Source of the DNA: Blastocatellia bacterium | Lineage (GTDB): Bacteria > Acidobacteriota > Blastocatellia > RBC074 | Assembly (NCBI GenBank): GCA_038211695.1 | Contig: JBBQVH010000010.1 | Coordinates: 2,825-66,824 of the forward strand | Direction: 5' to 3' | Length of the DNA stretch: 64,000 nt | Part shown: one piece after another, positions 32,799 to 44,139 of the stretch | Layout: each line of letters begins with the position of its first letter | Position numbering within the stretch: the stretch's first letter is position 1 | Made by a program: the position numbers and the translations under genes | The notes under the pieces: generated by a model | The model's input: only the letters and a program-made list of their open reading frames with translations | Databases searched by the model: none | What the model was told of the DNA's origin: nothing

Positions 32799-33919
32799 AC
32801 TGATGTTACGCAGTGGCCAATTGTGACTTCAACTTGACAAGCTCGGCGTAGGCGGATTTTACCGCCGACAGATAGAGCTTGGATTTCAAGGCGAAGTGGT
32901 TGAGCTTGGTCTTTATTTTGAGCTTCTCCAGTTTGATATAAGCGCACAAACTGGCAAATAGATGATTGCGTTGACTCGTCTCGGTGCGCGTCGGCGACTT
33001 CTCCGGCGAGGCATTCTGCTTGAGCGATTTGTGGTAGACCTCGATGCCCCATCGTTTTTGAAAGAGCTTCGCGATACGGTCAGCGTTGAGCGTCAAGTCG
33101 CTCGTCACCAGGTAGCGCACGCCCACCGAGCCGTCTTCGTTTTTGAAGATCTGCTTGAGCAAGAGGACTGCAAAAGGCACGCCCTCGAGCCAAACCTGGC
33201 GGGTTGTGTCTGCTGGCAAATCGAGTGTACTGACTGCCACGTAGGGACCGCGTTGATTGTCGGTTTCGCCCAAGGCCACCTTGCGGTTCTCCTTGAGCGG
33301 CATGATGAAGTCTTTCTTGAGATCGAGTTTGATGAACTTCATATTGTCGGCGGACGCATACCAGAGGTCATTGAGCACGTATTGGAAGAGCACCTGATTA
33401 TGCACCGCCACGCGCAGCAACATCCGGTAACGCTGGTTTTTGGTGATCGGAGAGCGACGCGCGGGTTTTGCCGGTCTTGGCGTCAACATATTCTTCTGTC
33501 TTCTCGACCGGATCGAAGGCAATCGGCAAAGACACTTCGCCGACGTTATAGAAAGCCGTCAAGAACTCGATTCCTTTGACGTGCCTGCTCAGAGAATGGC
33601 TCCAGTGCCAGCAGATAATGTCATTCTGGTCGGTGTAGAGCTTCTTGCTCAGAGAGTCATCAATGCTGATGACCCCGTCCGGACGTTCGATCTGACGGAC
33701 AAGCGGTTTGCTGACGCGCCACAAATCGGCACTGGTCTTGGGAGCATCGGCAAGCAGGCGGGTCACCTGATCGTGGCTGACCTGACCGTCAAGCATCCGC
33801 GCCATCCCGGTTGCAGTCGCTGGCCCGAAGCTGCTGATCAAGAAGTCAGTGTAGAGGTCGAACAGTTCATCATTCATCTGTCAAGTTTACTCTTGGCAGC
33901 CCGACTGCGTAACATCAGG
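32799..33919 (-). mobile_element. Insertion sequence (about 1.12 kb, IS5/IS4-superfamily) with 15-bp perfect terminal inverted repeats. The transposase is split by a frameshift (33398..33877 and 32806..33522).
   Basis: IR-L aaCTGATGTTACGCAGTgg (32799-32817) against IR-R ccgACTGCGTAACATCAGg (33901-33919). C-terminal ORF contains FQKRWGIEVYHKSLKQ (a DDE transposase signature). The two ORFs overlap out of frame. Confidence 0.7.
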
Positions 33920-33921
33920 AA

Positions 33922-34671
33922 TTAAGTCGGCCTTTTCTTCTGTTTTGCCGGTTTGATCTGCTTAACCCGCCGCTTGGAGCGTTCGCGCAGCGCGGCCCGC
34001 GCATTCCTGACCGCATCGCTTTGACCGAGAGGCGAAAGGGCGGCGAAGTTCGGATCGGCTTCGCTCAATGCCTGCCGCAGTTTCATCCCTTCTTTGATCG
34101 CTTTCTCGACTTCGTCGTAGATCGCATTGCGCGGCGCGCCTTTAATCCGCTCCTGTTCGGATTTGGGCGAGTCAATGAAGAGGAGATAGAGCAGAAGCGG
34201 GCCGATGCTTTCGCCGGTGGCCAGAGCACGAACGATCTGGCGAGGAAGCGGCTTGAAGGCAACGGCCCCGGCGTGGATGAAGATGTAGAGCGCCTGCACC
34301 GGGACGAGCTTGACCGGCTGAGGATTAGGGCTGCTGACTTTGCCGAGCGGATATGCGACGGCCACGAATTCCCCGCCCCCGAATCGTTGTGCGATGGCCG
34401 CCGTCAGATGGATCACCGCGCAGTCACATTCGCCCGCGATGTCGAGATGGTGGATGTCTCTCTGATACTTAAACACCAGCCAGGAAAACATCGTTTTGTT
34501 CAGATCGATGATGATGAACTCGTCCGGATTTACCATTGATGAGATACCTCGTTTTGATGACGTTGATGCGAGCGCCGTAAGCACACGACAGCGCGGCTTG
34601 GGTTGTTGAATGTTTGTGTGGGAAGTAGGCGAGCAGAGACGGCTCGCCAGGAAAGGCTGGAGGGACTTCAA
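33922..34671 (-). CDS. Hypothetical protein (249 aa), mobile-element associated. True start possibly at MVNPDEF.
   Basis: Long ORF next to the IS with a basic C-terminal tail (KRRVKQIKPAKQKKRPT). No confident domain assignment. Confidence 0.4.
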   Translation of the reverse strand: MKSLQPFLASRLCSPTSHTNIQQPKPRCRVLTALASTSSKRGISSMVNPDEFIIIDLNKTMFSWLVFKYQRDIHHLDIAGECDCAVIHLTAAIAQRFGGGEFVAVAYPLGKVSSPNPQPVKLVPVQALYIFIHAGAVAFKPLPRQIVRALATGESIGPLLLYLLFIDSPKSEQERIKGAPRNAIYDEVEKAIKEGMKLRQALSEADPNFAALSPLGQSDAVRNARAALRERSKRRVKQIKPAKQKKRPT

Positions 34672-34892
34672 CTACAAGAACTAAGATATAACAGAGATTG
34701 AAAGACCAGCCAATCCGAAAGATGAAATGCCAATGGCAAAACTGCCGACTGACAAGATGACGTGAGAACATTGAGATGCCTCGAATATGTGAATGATTCG
34801 GCTTGGAGTATCACTATCATTGCCGACGCTGAATCCGGACGCTGTAAGCGGTCAGGCATTGCTCAGCCTGGCCGCTTGCGCGGTGGTATTCC

Positions 34893-35186
34893 CTACCCTC
34901 TCCGAAAAGCCGCGACGATGCGGCTGGCCTCGTCCCGTGATGGCGGCGACAGGCGTTTGACCGCCTTTTGATATTGCTCGCGCCGTTGTTGTTTGAGTCC
35001 GGTCGCTTGCGTGATCAGGCGATTGATCCACTCCTGAACCTCGCTAAAGGAAAAGGCGACTTTCCTTTTCCCGATGCGGATGCGGGTGAATTCATCCGTC
35101 CCGGCTTTGCCCGCCAGAATGGTCTTGACCGCCAGCCCGGTCATTTCCGCGACCTGCTGCGCGTTGATCAGTTTTTCCGTCTTCAT
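34893..35186 (-). CDS. Helix-turn-helix DNA-binding protein (excisionase/AlpA/MerR-like)
   Basis: LINAQQVAEMTGLAVKTILAGKAGT...RIGKRKVAFSFSEVQEWI is the typical short HTH excisionase-type layout. Confidence 0.55.
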   Translation of the reverse strand: MKTEKLINAQQVAEMTGLAVKTILAGKAGTDEFTRIRIGKRKVAFSFSEVQEWINRLITQATGLKQQRREQYQKAVKRLSPPSRDEASRIVAAFRRG

Positions 35187-35508
35187 TCCGCACCTCCGCT
35201 TTGGTCGGAGATCGCCTTGCGCATCGCCTCGACCGCAGCTTCGGCCCTGGCCGCGATGCTGGCCTGAATGTCGCCCACGGAGATGAAAGCCTGATCAATC
35301 TCTCTCTCATCGCGATTTCCATCTCGATCGGAGAGACATCGGTGCAGATTTTCGCCAGAGAAAAATGTTTGATCAGGCAGCCGATGCCGCCCAGATGGCT
35401 GATGGCCGTGAGCGCGATCAGCCGCTGTTTTTCGTGTTCGGGAGTTTTGGAGGTGACGCCGTGAAGCTCGTACTCGATGGCGCGAAGCGAAGAGATCGGT
35501 GTAGACAT

Positions 35509-35805
35509 TTAGGCAGCCTCCTTGCTTTCGTCTTCGGTTTCATCTTCGTTGAGGATCGTGATTCCGGCCTCGGTCACGAGGTGAAGCAATTCGCCGAGAT
35601 TGGCCATCATCAAATGAAGGCTGTCGCCGGTCAGGTCGTTGATCTTGTTTTCGTCCACCATCTCCATCAGCGCGCCAATGGCCCCCGTGTGGCGAAGGGC
35701 GGCAAACATGGCATCGGATCGGGTGGCAGCGGATTGCGGCAGCAATCGGATTCCATCGTAGTGACTGGTCCGGTATTCAATGTGCAACGCCGTGTTGTTT
35801 TTCAT
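35509..35805 (-). CDS. Hypothetical small protein
   Basis: 98-aa ORF, coupled by a 4-nt overlap to the upstream ORF. Confidence 0.3.
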   Translation of the reverse strand: MKNNTALHIEYRTSHYDGIRLLPQSAATRSDAMFAALRHTGAIGALMEMVDENKINDLTGDSLHLMMANLGELLHLVTEAGITILNEDETEDESKEAA

Positions 35806-36164
35806 TGGGCTGCCTCCTCGATTTGCCGCAGCCGCGATGCGAGTTTCGGGCGGTCGCCTTCCGTGGCTTTGGCGATCCGTTCACGCAACTTGTTTTTGAC
35901 CAGGCGCAGGAATGCGGCGGTGTCGTTCTCGACCGCTGCCCACTCCGAACGGCGCAGCGACACCAGGTAAGGCTCTCGCCGTTGCCCTTCCCCGTTGGTC
36001 AGTAACATCACGCGCAGGCCGCGATCATTGAGGCGAACGCGGAACGTCAGGTGAGGCAATTTGATCGTTTTTGATTTCTGGCCATTCCCTTTGGAAGCAG
36101 CGACTTTGGGCCATTTGTGGCTAGCCACAAATGGCGGCTCGGCTGGCGGTTTGTGGCTGGCCAC
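35802..36164 (-). CDS. Hypothetical protein. The annotated 5' end runs through the palindromic repeats, so the start is uncertain.
   Basis: The ORF N-terminus (ASHKPP...ASHKWPK) is encoded by the two palindromes, which suggests that part is regulatory DNA rather than coding. Confidence 0.3.
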   Translation of the reverse strand: MASHKPPAEPPFVASHKWPKVAASKGNGQKSKTIKLPHLTFRVRLNDRGLRVMLLTNGEGQRREPYLVSLRRSEWAAVENDTAAFLRLVKNKLRERIAKATEGDRPKLASRLRQIEEAAQ

Positions 36165-36167
36165 AAA
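36111..36167. promoter_or_regulatory. Two operator-like palindromes, TTTGTGGC-N2-GCCACAAA
   Basis: CCATTTGTGGCTAGCCACAAATGG (36111-36134, a perfect 24-nt palindrome) and TTTGTGGCTGGCCACAAA (36150-36167), 15 nt apart, upstream of the small-gene cluster. Confidence 0.45.
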
Positions 36168-36217
36168 GGGCGCGACGGTTGCGGGCTGAAGGATTCGAGC
36201 CGATGAGTTAGCCGGAC

Positions 36218-36964
36218 TCAGCGGCTCGAATGTTTTGGGAGCAGGCCCTTGATGTCTCTGGCTTCGAGCATCGCCGCCTGTTGCTCGAATTCGATAAAAG
36301 CGGAAACGACTTCCTCGCTCCCGTATGCTTTCATCCGAGCATTGTGCAGGGCGCGCGCTTTGGCCAGCTCGAATTCAAGATCGGCTTCCGTTTGTTCGAT
36401 CTCGAATTCTTTGACCTTGACGCCGAGTTCGTGCGCCTTGGCCGATGCGCGTTCGTTGAGCCTGGCTTCCTCTTCGTGCTGTTTGACGCGGCTGTCGAAG
36501 TGAATGAGCAAAATCCAGATGCCGAGCACGAGCAGGAAGGAAACGTAGATGCCGACCTGAAGATACGTCTTCATCCCGTCGCTGAGAGGCGATCCGGTCT
36601 TGAGCGAATTGTTGAGCACGGTGTGAACGCCGACGATGACGAAGAGCACGACGTGCGAAAGCCCGGCGATGGTGCGTTGAAGCGGGGAAGTGAACCACCA
36701 GATACCGGCAGGGATGAGCAGGATCAAGGAACCGTCGAGGAGCGTGGCCGGGAAGGCGGCGACGATCTTGGATGAGGTGCCGCGTTGAAAGAGTTCGTAG
36801 TTATGCCACCAGGTGTAGCCAGCGGCCAAAATGATGAAGAGCGCGGCCACGACCATCACGATTAAGGCAATGGGATGCATCTTGGTTTTCGCGCTCTTCA
36901 CCGAGTCTTGAACGTTTTTGAGTTGTTCTTGCGATTGTTTGTAGAATGCTAAGACTTGCGCCAT
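36218..36964 (-). CDS. Membrane protein (4 TM) with a C-terminal coiled-coil
   Basis: Four hydrophobic helices, then a charged heptad-like segment HEEEARLNERASAKAHELGVKVKEFEIEQTEADLEFELAKARALH. Confidence 0.5.
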   Translation of the reverse strand: MAQVLAFYKQSQEQLKNVQDSVKSAKTKMHPIALIVMVVAALFIILAAGYTWWHNYELFQRGTSSKIVAAFPATLLDGSLILLIPAGIWWFTSPLQRTIAGLSHVVLFVIVGVHTVLNNSLKTGSPLSDGMKTYLQVGIYVSFLLVLGIWILLIHFDSRVKQHEEEARLNERASAKAHELGVKVKEFEIEQTEADLEFELAKARALHNARMKAYGSEEVVSAFIEFEQQAAMLEARDIKGLLPKHSSR

Positions 36965-37450
36965 TTCTGAAATACCTCAAGAAAATGGCGAGAAGTGCAG
37001 GGGAAGGCTTTTACGGGTTTGCTATCATTCCCGCAGCCGTCATCCGCAATACTCGCGGTTGCTGGTCAGGGGTGGCCGAATGGTGAGACATTCGATCATC
37101 CCGAAAACTGGCGGCTCGCGATCGGGATAATTACGAGCCGCCGAATAAAGCAATAGGCAAGCCCGAAGCGTTGATCGTTTCGGGCTTGTGCTGTTTTTAC
37201 CTGAGGCATCTCAGAGGCAAAAACTGCCAGCTACAGGTCAAACTACAGATTGCTGCACGCTGTTTCCTGCGGCCTGCAAAATGAACAAACAGCAGCAAAC
37301 AGAGCGAAACCGTAACAAAACGCATCCTACCCGCGTTGACACCTTGTGAAATCATGTGCTACTTATCCGCCCTTAAATTCCAAGCAGTAATTTCAGCTAT
37401 CGCAGACTGTAGAGCGAAACTTTTTTAGAGAGGAGCGGCGAAACCTAATC

Positions 37451-37918
37451 GTGATCGTCTTAGCCTTGGCAGGCGGTGTACTGAGCATTGATGGATCGTT
37501 TCTGGTTGTTTTCATATCCATCTTTTTGCTGATCTTCATTTTAAACCGCACGTTATTCAAACCCATCAATCAGGTGTTGGACGAACGCGAGCATCTGGGC
37601 GCGGGGCGTATGTCCGAAGCCAGGCAGTTGCTGGCGAAATACGAAGAGCGGCTGACGCGCTACGAACAGCAGTTGCAGGCGGCGCGCGGCGAAGCGTACC
37701 AGTATATGGAAGCGCAGCGTCGTGAAGCGCAAGGAGACCGGCTGCAGGTTTTGGCGCAGGTCAAGGCAGAAACCGCTTTGCAAGTGGCCGCCGCGCGCGA
37801 TGAGATTGCCCAGCAAACCAACGCGGCCAAACAGAGCCTGGAAGGCGAAGCGCGAGCGATGGCTTCGGTCATCTCGTCTCAGATTTTGCATCGCCCGGTT
37901 AGCGTCACAGAGAGCTGA
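37451..37918 (+). CDS. atpF': F0F1 ATP synthase subunit b' (b-like)
   Basis: N-terminal TM helix followed by a long charged helix ([24 protein letters not shown]...). GTG start. Precedes the canonical b subunit. Confidence 0.65.
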   Translation: MIVLALAGGVLSIDGSFLVVFISIFLLIFILNRTLFKPINQVLDEREHLGAGRMSEARQLLAKYEERLTRYEQQLQAARGEAYQYMEAQRREAQGDRLQVLAQVKAETALQVAAARDEIAQQTNAAKQSLEGEARAMASVISSQILHRPVSVTES

Positions 37919-37940
37919 GGAATTGCCAGAGAGAGTTGAA

Positions 37941-38519
37941 ATGATCCATCCTGACCTGTTTTCTTCCAATCCAATCAGTTCAATCGCATTCCTGATACCC
38001 GGCTTTTTGAATGCCCTTCCTGCCATCTTTCTGGCTGGCGCTGGGACTTCGATGGCGGTGTCGAAGGCGGTGAATCTGGTCATCTTTTTAGGCTTGCTCT
38101 ACTTCCTGTTGCGCAAGCCCGCGCGCGAATTCTTTACCACGCGTCTTGCTGAGGTGCGCGCCACGCTGCAACAAGCCGCCAAAGAGAAAGATGCCGCGAC
38201 GGCCAAGATGGCCGAACTGGATGGGCGGCTGAGCCGTTTGGACACGGAACTGGCCGAAATCAAATCCCAGGCCCAACGCGAAGCTGCTGCAGAACGCGAA
38301 CGCTTGCAAGTTGAAGCGCAGCGCGATGCTGAAAAGATTCGCGTGACTTCACAGCGCGAGATTGAATCCGCCAAACAGATCGCAATGTCTGAACTGCGCG
38401 AGTTTGCCGCGACCAAAGCCGTTGACCTGGCTGAACAGATGATCCGCCGAGAGTTGAAGCCCGAAGACGATGCGAGGCTGTTACAACGCATGGGCGAGGA
38501 GATGAGCAAAGTTTCCTAA
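37941..38519 (+). CDS. atpF: F0F1 ATP synthase subunit b
   Basis: TM helix then a coiled-coil (REFFTTRLAEVRATLQQAAKEKDAATAKMAELDGRL...). ATG after a GAGAG RBS. The ORF track starts upstream in an overlapping frame. Confidence 0.75.
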   Translation: MIHPDLFSSNPISSIAFLIPGFLNALPAIFLAGAGTSMAVSKAVNLVIFLGLLYFLLRKPAREFFTTRLAEVRATLQQAAKEKDAATAKMAELDGRLSRLDTELAEIKSQAQREAAAERERLQVEAQRDAEKIRVTSQREIESAKQIAMSELREFAATKAVDLAEQMIRRELKPEDDARLLQRMGEEMSKVS

Positions 38520-38579
38520 TCAGTCATTGTCCGCCGTCAGTTAAAGGCTCGCGACGGACAACTGACAACTGACGAATTT

Positions 38580-39122
38580 ATGAGCGTAACCACCATTGCC
38601 AATCGTTATGCGCGCGCACTGGCTGATGTCATCACAGAGCGTGGCGAGATGAATGAAGTCGTGGCTGAGTTGAACGGCTTCGAAGGCCTGATGTCAGGGC
38701 ACGAACAGTTGCGCGACGTATTTGCCAGTCCTGTGATTTCCCTGGAACGCAAACGCGGCGTGTTGAATGATCTGCTGGCGCGACTGGCCTTGCATCCGAC
38801 ATCCGGTAACTTCCTGCAGCTTCTGCTAGTCAATTCGCGCTTGCACAATCTGGATCAGATGTTGCGGGCTTTGTCGCGTGAACTGGATGTACGCACGAAC
38901 ATCGTTTCGGCAGAAGTGACGACTGCACGCGAAATCAGCGAGCAGGAGAAGACGATGTTGCGCGACAAACTGCGCGCGGCCACAGGCAAAGACGTGAGGC
39001 TGCAATTCCGCATCGACACCAACATTATTGGCGGCGTCGTGACGCGCATTGGCAGTCTGGTGTACGACGGTTCGATCAAAAATCAATTGGCGCAGATGAA
39101 GCAGCGCCTGATGAGTGCATAA
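38580..39122 (+). CDS. atpH: F0F1 ATP synthase subunit delta (OSCP)
   Basis: [13 protein letters not shown]... N-terminus and [22 protein letters not shown]-terminus. Confidence 0.8.
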   Translation: MSVTTIANRYARALADVITERGEMNEVVAELNGFEGLMSGHEQLRDVFASPVISLERKRGVLNDLLARLALHPTSGNFLQLLLVNSRLHNLDQMLRALSRELDVRTNIVSAEVTTAREISEQEKTMLRDKLRAATGKDVRLQFRIDTNIIGGVVTRIGSLVYDGSIKNQLAQMKQRLMSA

Positions 39123-40721
<1,599 letters not shown>

Positions 40722-40762
40722 TTTTCGATTGCGGATCGTGGACTGCTGATTGACTAAACGTC

Positions 40763-40797
40763 GCAATCCGCAATCCGCAATCCGCAATCCGCAATCC
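40763..40797. repeat. Tandem heptamer array (GCAATCC)x5, immediately upstream of atpG
   Basis: gcaatccgcaatccgcaatccgcaatccgcaatcc. An inverted copy, cgattgcggat, lies at 40726-40736, just after the atpA stop. Confidence 0.8.
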
Positions 40798-40801
40798 AAT
40801 T

Positions 40802-41695
40802 ATGCCTAGCTTACAAGACCTCCGGCGGCGTGTTCGCGCCGTTAAAAACATGCGGCAGATTACGAAGGCCATGAAGATGGTCTCGGCAGCGCGCTTGCGC
40901 CGGGCGCAGGAACGCGTCACCGCCGCCCGGCCCTACACGACCAAGATGATGCAGATTTTGGGTGATGCGGGCAGGCGAGCAGGAGATTACACAGACCCAT
41001 TGCTGGTCGGCCACAGCCGCGAACTTGATGGCCGGAGAGAGCGCGTGGTGCTGGCGCTGGTGACTGCGGACAAAGGTCTGTGCGGCGGATTTAACACCAA
41101 CCTGGTGAAAGCCGCGCAGGAGTTCATTCGTCAAAATACGGACAAAGACGTTGAACTGGTCTTGGTCGGGCGCAAAGGACTGGAATACTTTCGCCGCCGC
41201 CCGGTCAAAATTCGTCGCGACCACGTGGGCATTACTGGCACTGGCAAGGTCAATGGCGCTGACGCCATTACCATTGGGCAGGGGCTGGTCGCCGATTATA
41301 AGTCTGAAGAAAATCTGGTTGACCGCGTTTATCTGCTCTACAACGAATTCAAATCGGCGCTTTCACAACGCCCAGTGGTCGAACAGTTGCTGCCCATTGG
41401 CCATCTGGACGCGCCTGAAGGCGGGCAGCCGGAAACGCTGGTGGATTACATTTATGAACAACCGGCAAACGTCATCTTCAGCGAACTTTTGCCGAAGCTG
41501 ATTGAGAATCAGGTGTATCACGCGCTGCTGGAATCCGTGGCTTCTGAACTTGGCGCGCGAATGACAGCAATGGATTCCGCGTCGAAGAATGCTTCGGAAG
41601 TGATTGATAAACTGACCCTGGTGATGAACCGTGTGCGTCAGGCCAGGATCACGCGCGAAATTATTGAAGTCGTCAGCGGCGCGGAAGCACTTTAA
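40802..41695 (+). CDS. atpG: F0F1 ATP synthase subunit gamma
   Basis: N-terminus LQDLRRRVRAVKNMRQITKAMKMVSAARLRRAQ, C-terminus RITREIIEVVSGAEAL. Confidence 0.9.
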   Translation: MPSLQDLRRRVRAVKNMRQITKAMKMVSAARLRRAQERVTAARPYTTKMMQILGDAGRRAGDYTDPLLVGHSRELDGRRERVVLALVTADKGLCGGFNTNLVKAAQEFIRQNTDKDVELVLVGRKGLEYFRRRPVKIRRDHVGITGTGKVNGADAITIGQGLVADYKSEENLVDRVYLLYNEFKSALSQRPVVEQLLPIGHLDAPEGGQPETLVDYIYEQPANVIFSELLPKLIENQVYHALLESVASELGARMTAMDSASKNASEVIDKLTLVMNRVRQARITREIIEVVSGAEAL

Positions 41696-41698
41696 GAA

Positions 41699-42271
41699 TT
41701 GCGGATTGTGGATTGCGGAATACTAGACGTTCCGATAATGATTTCACCCAGCAATACTAACAACTCCGACAATCCACAATCCGCATCCAGCTTGGGCCGC
41801 AATCCGCATTCAAAGCTTTTCTATTGGCTGCCACCGATTATCTGGATGGCAGCCATTTTCTCTTTTTCCACCGACACCTTTTCAGGGGAAAACACTGGCT
41901 CGCTGTTATTCAGTATTTTTCACGCCATCGTTCCCAGTCTGACGCCTGAGCAGTTCCAGCCGATCCATTACCTGATTCGCAAAACGGCGCATTTCACTGA
42001 GTATGGGATTCTGGCCTTACTGCTCTTTCGTGCCTTTCGCGGCAATGCAGGCTCGCGCTGGGCATGGCGTTGGGCGATTTATGCGTGGTTGATTCTGGCG
42101 TTGTATTCATTGTCGGATGAATTTCATCAGAGCTTCACGCATCATCGCACCAGTTCGATTTATGACAGTTTGATTGATACTTCGGGCGGGACGGCGGTGT
42201 TATTGTTGTTGTGGCTGATTAGTAGATTCAGGCAGGATCAGTTGTCGCCAGGCTCCACGCGCAACGATTGA
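41699..42271 (+). CDS. VanZ-like family membrane protein. True start probably downstream of the repeat region.
   Basis: LIRKTAHFTEYGILALLLF...SDEFHQSFTHHRTSSIYDSLIDTSGG is the VanZ core. The first 45 codons or so read through the repeat DNA. Confidence 0.55.
   Translation: MRIVDCGILDVPIMISPSNTNNSDNPQSASSLGRNPHSKLFYWLPPIIWMAAIFSFSTDTFSGENTGSLLFSIFHAIVPSLTPEQFQPIHYLIRKTAHFTEYGILALLLFRAFRGNAGSRWAWRWAIYAWLILALYSLSDEFHQSFTHHRTSSIYDSLIDTSGGTAVLLLLWLISRFRQDQLSPGSTRND
41701..41809. repeat. 15-bp perfect inverted repeat (GCGGATTGTGGATTG ... CAATCCACAATCCGC) plus a further CCGCAATCCGCA copy, downstream of atpG
   Basis: Arms at 41701-41715 and 41770-41784, separated by 54 nt. Another member of the same GCAATCC family lies at 41798-41809. 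Confidence 0.75.
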
Positions 42272-42594
42272 ACGGGTGAGGTCACGATGCGCTGGCCGCC
42301 AGAGTAGAATTCGATGCGGAAGCCAATGCCCAGCCAACCCATCTTCAACATACAACCGCCGAAGGTCGAACCGCTGATGGTGGCCTCAATCGGCTCTTCA
42401 AAATAACGACCGCCTTGGACCAGCGCTTTACCGGTTTCAGGCTCAAGCACAAAAATATAGTAATCGGTGTTCAGCGTGCGCGCGCAAACAGTATCGAATT
42501 GAGTGAGTGTGCGCAGGACTACTCCTTCGAGTGAAGAACTCAACTCTGTGAAGCCGTCAAGCGAACAATAACGCGGAATTCGATGCACACGCAC
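42238..42594 (-). CDS. Hypothetical protein (118 aa)
   Basis: ORF only; no recognisable motif. Confidence 0.25.
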   Translation of the reverse strand: MRVHRIPRYCSLDGFTELSSSLEGVVLRTLTQFDTVCARTLNTDYYIFVLEPETGKALVQGGRYFEEPIEATISGSTFGGCMLKMGWLGIGFRIEFYSGGQRIVTSPVQSLRVEPGDN

Positions 42595-43221
42595 CTCCTA
42601 AGCTAAAAATTAAAGCTGCACGAATTGATCGGGCAGCTCTCTATTGGTTGCGACTTTTACTCCACTCTTCCCATCCGGTCAAGCAACCCGCAATCGAAAC
42701 CGCCTTCAGTCATCTAGCGATAAAAGACAACTGGCCCAAGGGCAGCGCGATTGAGTGTGAGGGGGAATTGCCTGACAACGGATGGGAACGTCAGTGGTTC
42801 TGGGGTGAGGAGGAAAACTTTTTGGTGGCAGCGAAAAGGCCGATTGCTCACTGGGTACAATCGGCCTTTTTCGCGCCAAAGAGCTAATCGAGCGGGTAGC
42901 AGCGGGGGTTGTTAGTTACCGGCATCGGACCGCCACATCCTTACTCAACACCAGCAGATCTTGCTGGCACTGGTAAGAAACGCGCAATCGGCTGATTCTT
43001 CCAGCAAATCAGTGATTTTTTTTGTGCGGCAGGCAACCCGGCGCTTGGCGCCTGAAGGGAATGGTGATGGTGGAGTTGAAAGCATTGCTTTCAACTCCAC
43101 CAGACAAGAAATTTAAGGATGACGCGGGAAAAGCCTTCCCATCGAATCCAATCAGCGAATAAGATACACGGCGTCCACATCCAGCAAATACAAAATCATC
43201 AACAAGGAGAACTCTTCGCGT

Positions 43222-43998
43222 ATGAGCACGGGAAGTGATACAGGTAGTTTAGAGGGCAAGGTCGCGATTGTTACCGGCGGCGGGCGAGGCATTGGCAAGG
43301 CCATTACCAAACGTCTGGCCGGGGCCGGCGCAAACGTCGTCATCGCCAGCCGCAAGCTGGAAAATCTGGAAGCAACGGTGCAGGAGTTTTCCGCGCTGCC
43401 GGGCAAAATCGCGCCGGTGGAATGCCACGTTGGACGCGCGGATCAATTGGAACATCTGGTCAGCGAGACTGAAAAGCTCTTCGGCCCGGCGGACATTCTA
43501 GTCAACAACAGCGCGACCAATATTGGCCAGGGGCCGTCGCTGAATGTCACAGACGAGATGTTCGCCAAGATGTTCGAGGTCAACGTGGTCTCTTCGCTGC
43601 GGCTGATTCGTTTGACCGTGCCGAAGATGATTGCGCGCGGCACGGGCGGTTCGATCATCAACATCGCTTCGATTGCGGGGTTGCATCCGCAGCCCGGCGG
43701 ATTGCTGTACAGCGCAACCAAAGCCGCGTTGATTATGATGTCGCGCAACTGGGCGATGGAATTTGGCAAACACAATATCCGCGTCAATACGATCGCGCCC
43801 GGATTGATCGAAACCGATTTCAGCGAATATTTCTGGAAGAACGAAAACTACTTGAAGAAGCTGGAAGCAACACAGCCGATTCCCCGTGTTGGCACGCCGG
43901 ATGAAATCGGCGGCATTGCTTTGTATCTAGCTTCGGACGAATCGTCGTTTGTCACCGGCCAGGTCTTCGTTGTGGACGGCGGCGCGACGGCAATGTAA
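43222..43998 (+). CDS. SDR family oxidoreductase (3-oxoacyl-ACP reductase-like)
   Basis: [11 protein letters not shown] Rossmann motif, NNSA, catalytic YSATKAAL (YxxxK), PG...D. Confidence 0.85.
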   Translation: MSTGSDTGSLEGKVAIVTGGGRGIGKAITKRLAGAGANVVIASRKLENLEATVQEFSALPGKIAPVECHVGRADQLEHLVSETEKLFGPADILVNNSATNIGQGPSLNVTDEMFAKMFEVNVVSSLRLIRLTVPKMIARGTGGSIINIASIAGLHPQPGGLLYSATKAALIMMSRNWAMEFGKHNIRVNTIAPGLIETDFSEYFWKNENYLKKLEATQPIPRVGTPDEIGGIALYLASDESSFVTGQVFVVDGGATAM

Positions 43999-44139
43999 GG
44001 CTTGGCAAGTGATGCCGGGCAAGTCATGTTTGGCGGAATCTGGCCCGGCACACAGCTTCCGTTCGTCCTTTTGACTTCTCACTTGATTGTCTATACTGCC
44101 CCTTACTCAAACCGGCTTAATCAACAAAGCAATAAAATT

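Noticed and set aside
31560-32800. Terminal inverted repeats for the first IS (31643-32579)
   Set aside because: I could not find a convincing inverted repeat between the 31600-31665 and 32580-32800 regions by eye, so the element ends are left undefined rather than guessed.
35092-35508. 138-aa minus-strand ORF overlapping the HTH gene
   Set aside because: Only the first 75 codons or so look protein-like before the frame runs antisense through the HTH gene as Arg/Gly-rich sequence. It is likely a short ORF extended artefactually, so it is not listed as a feature.
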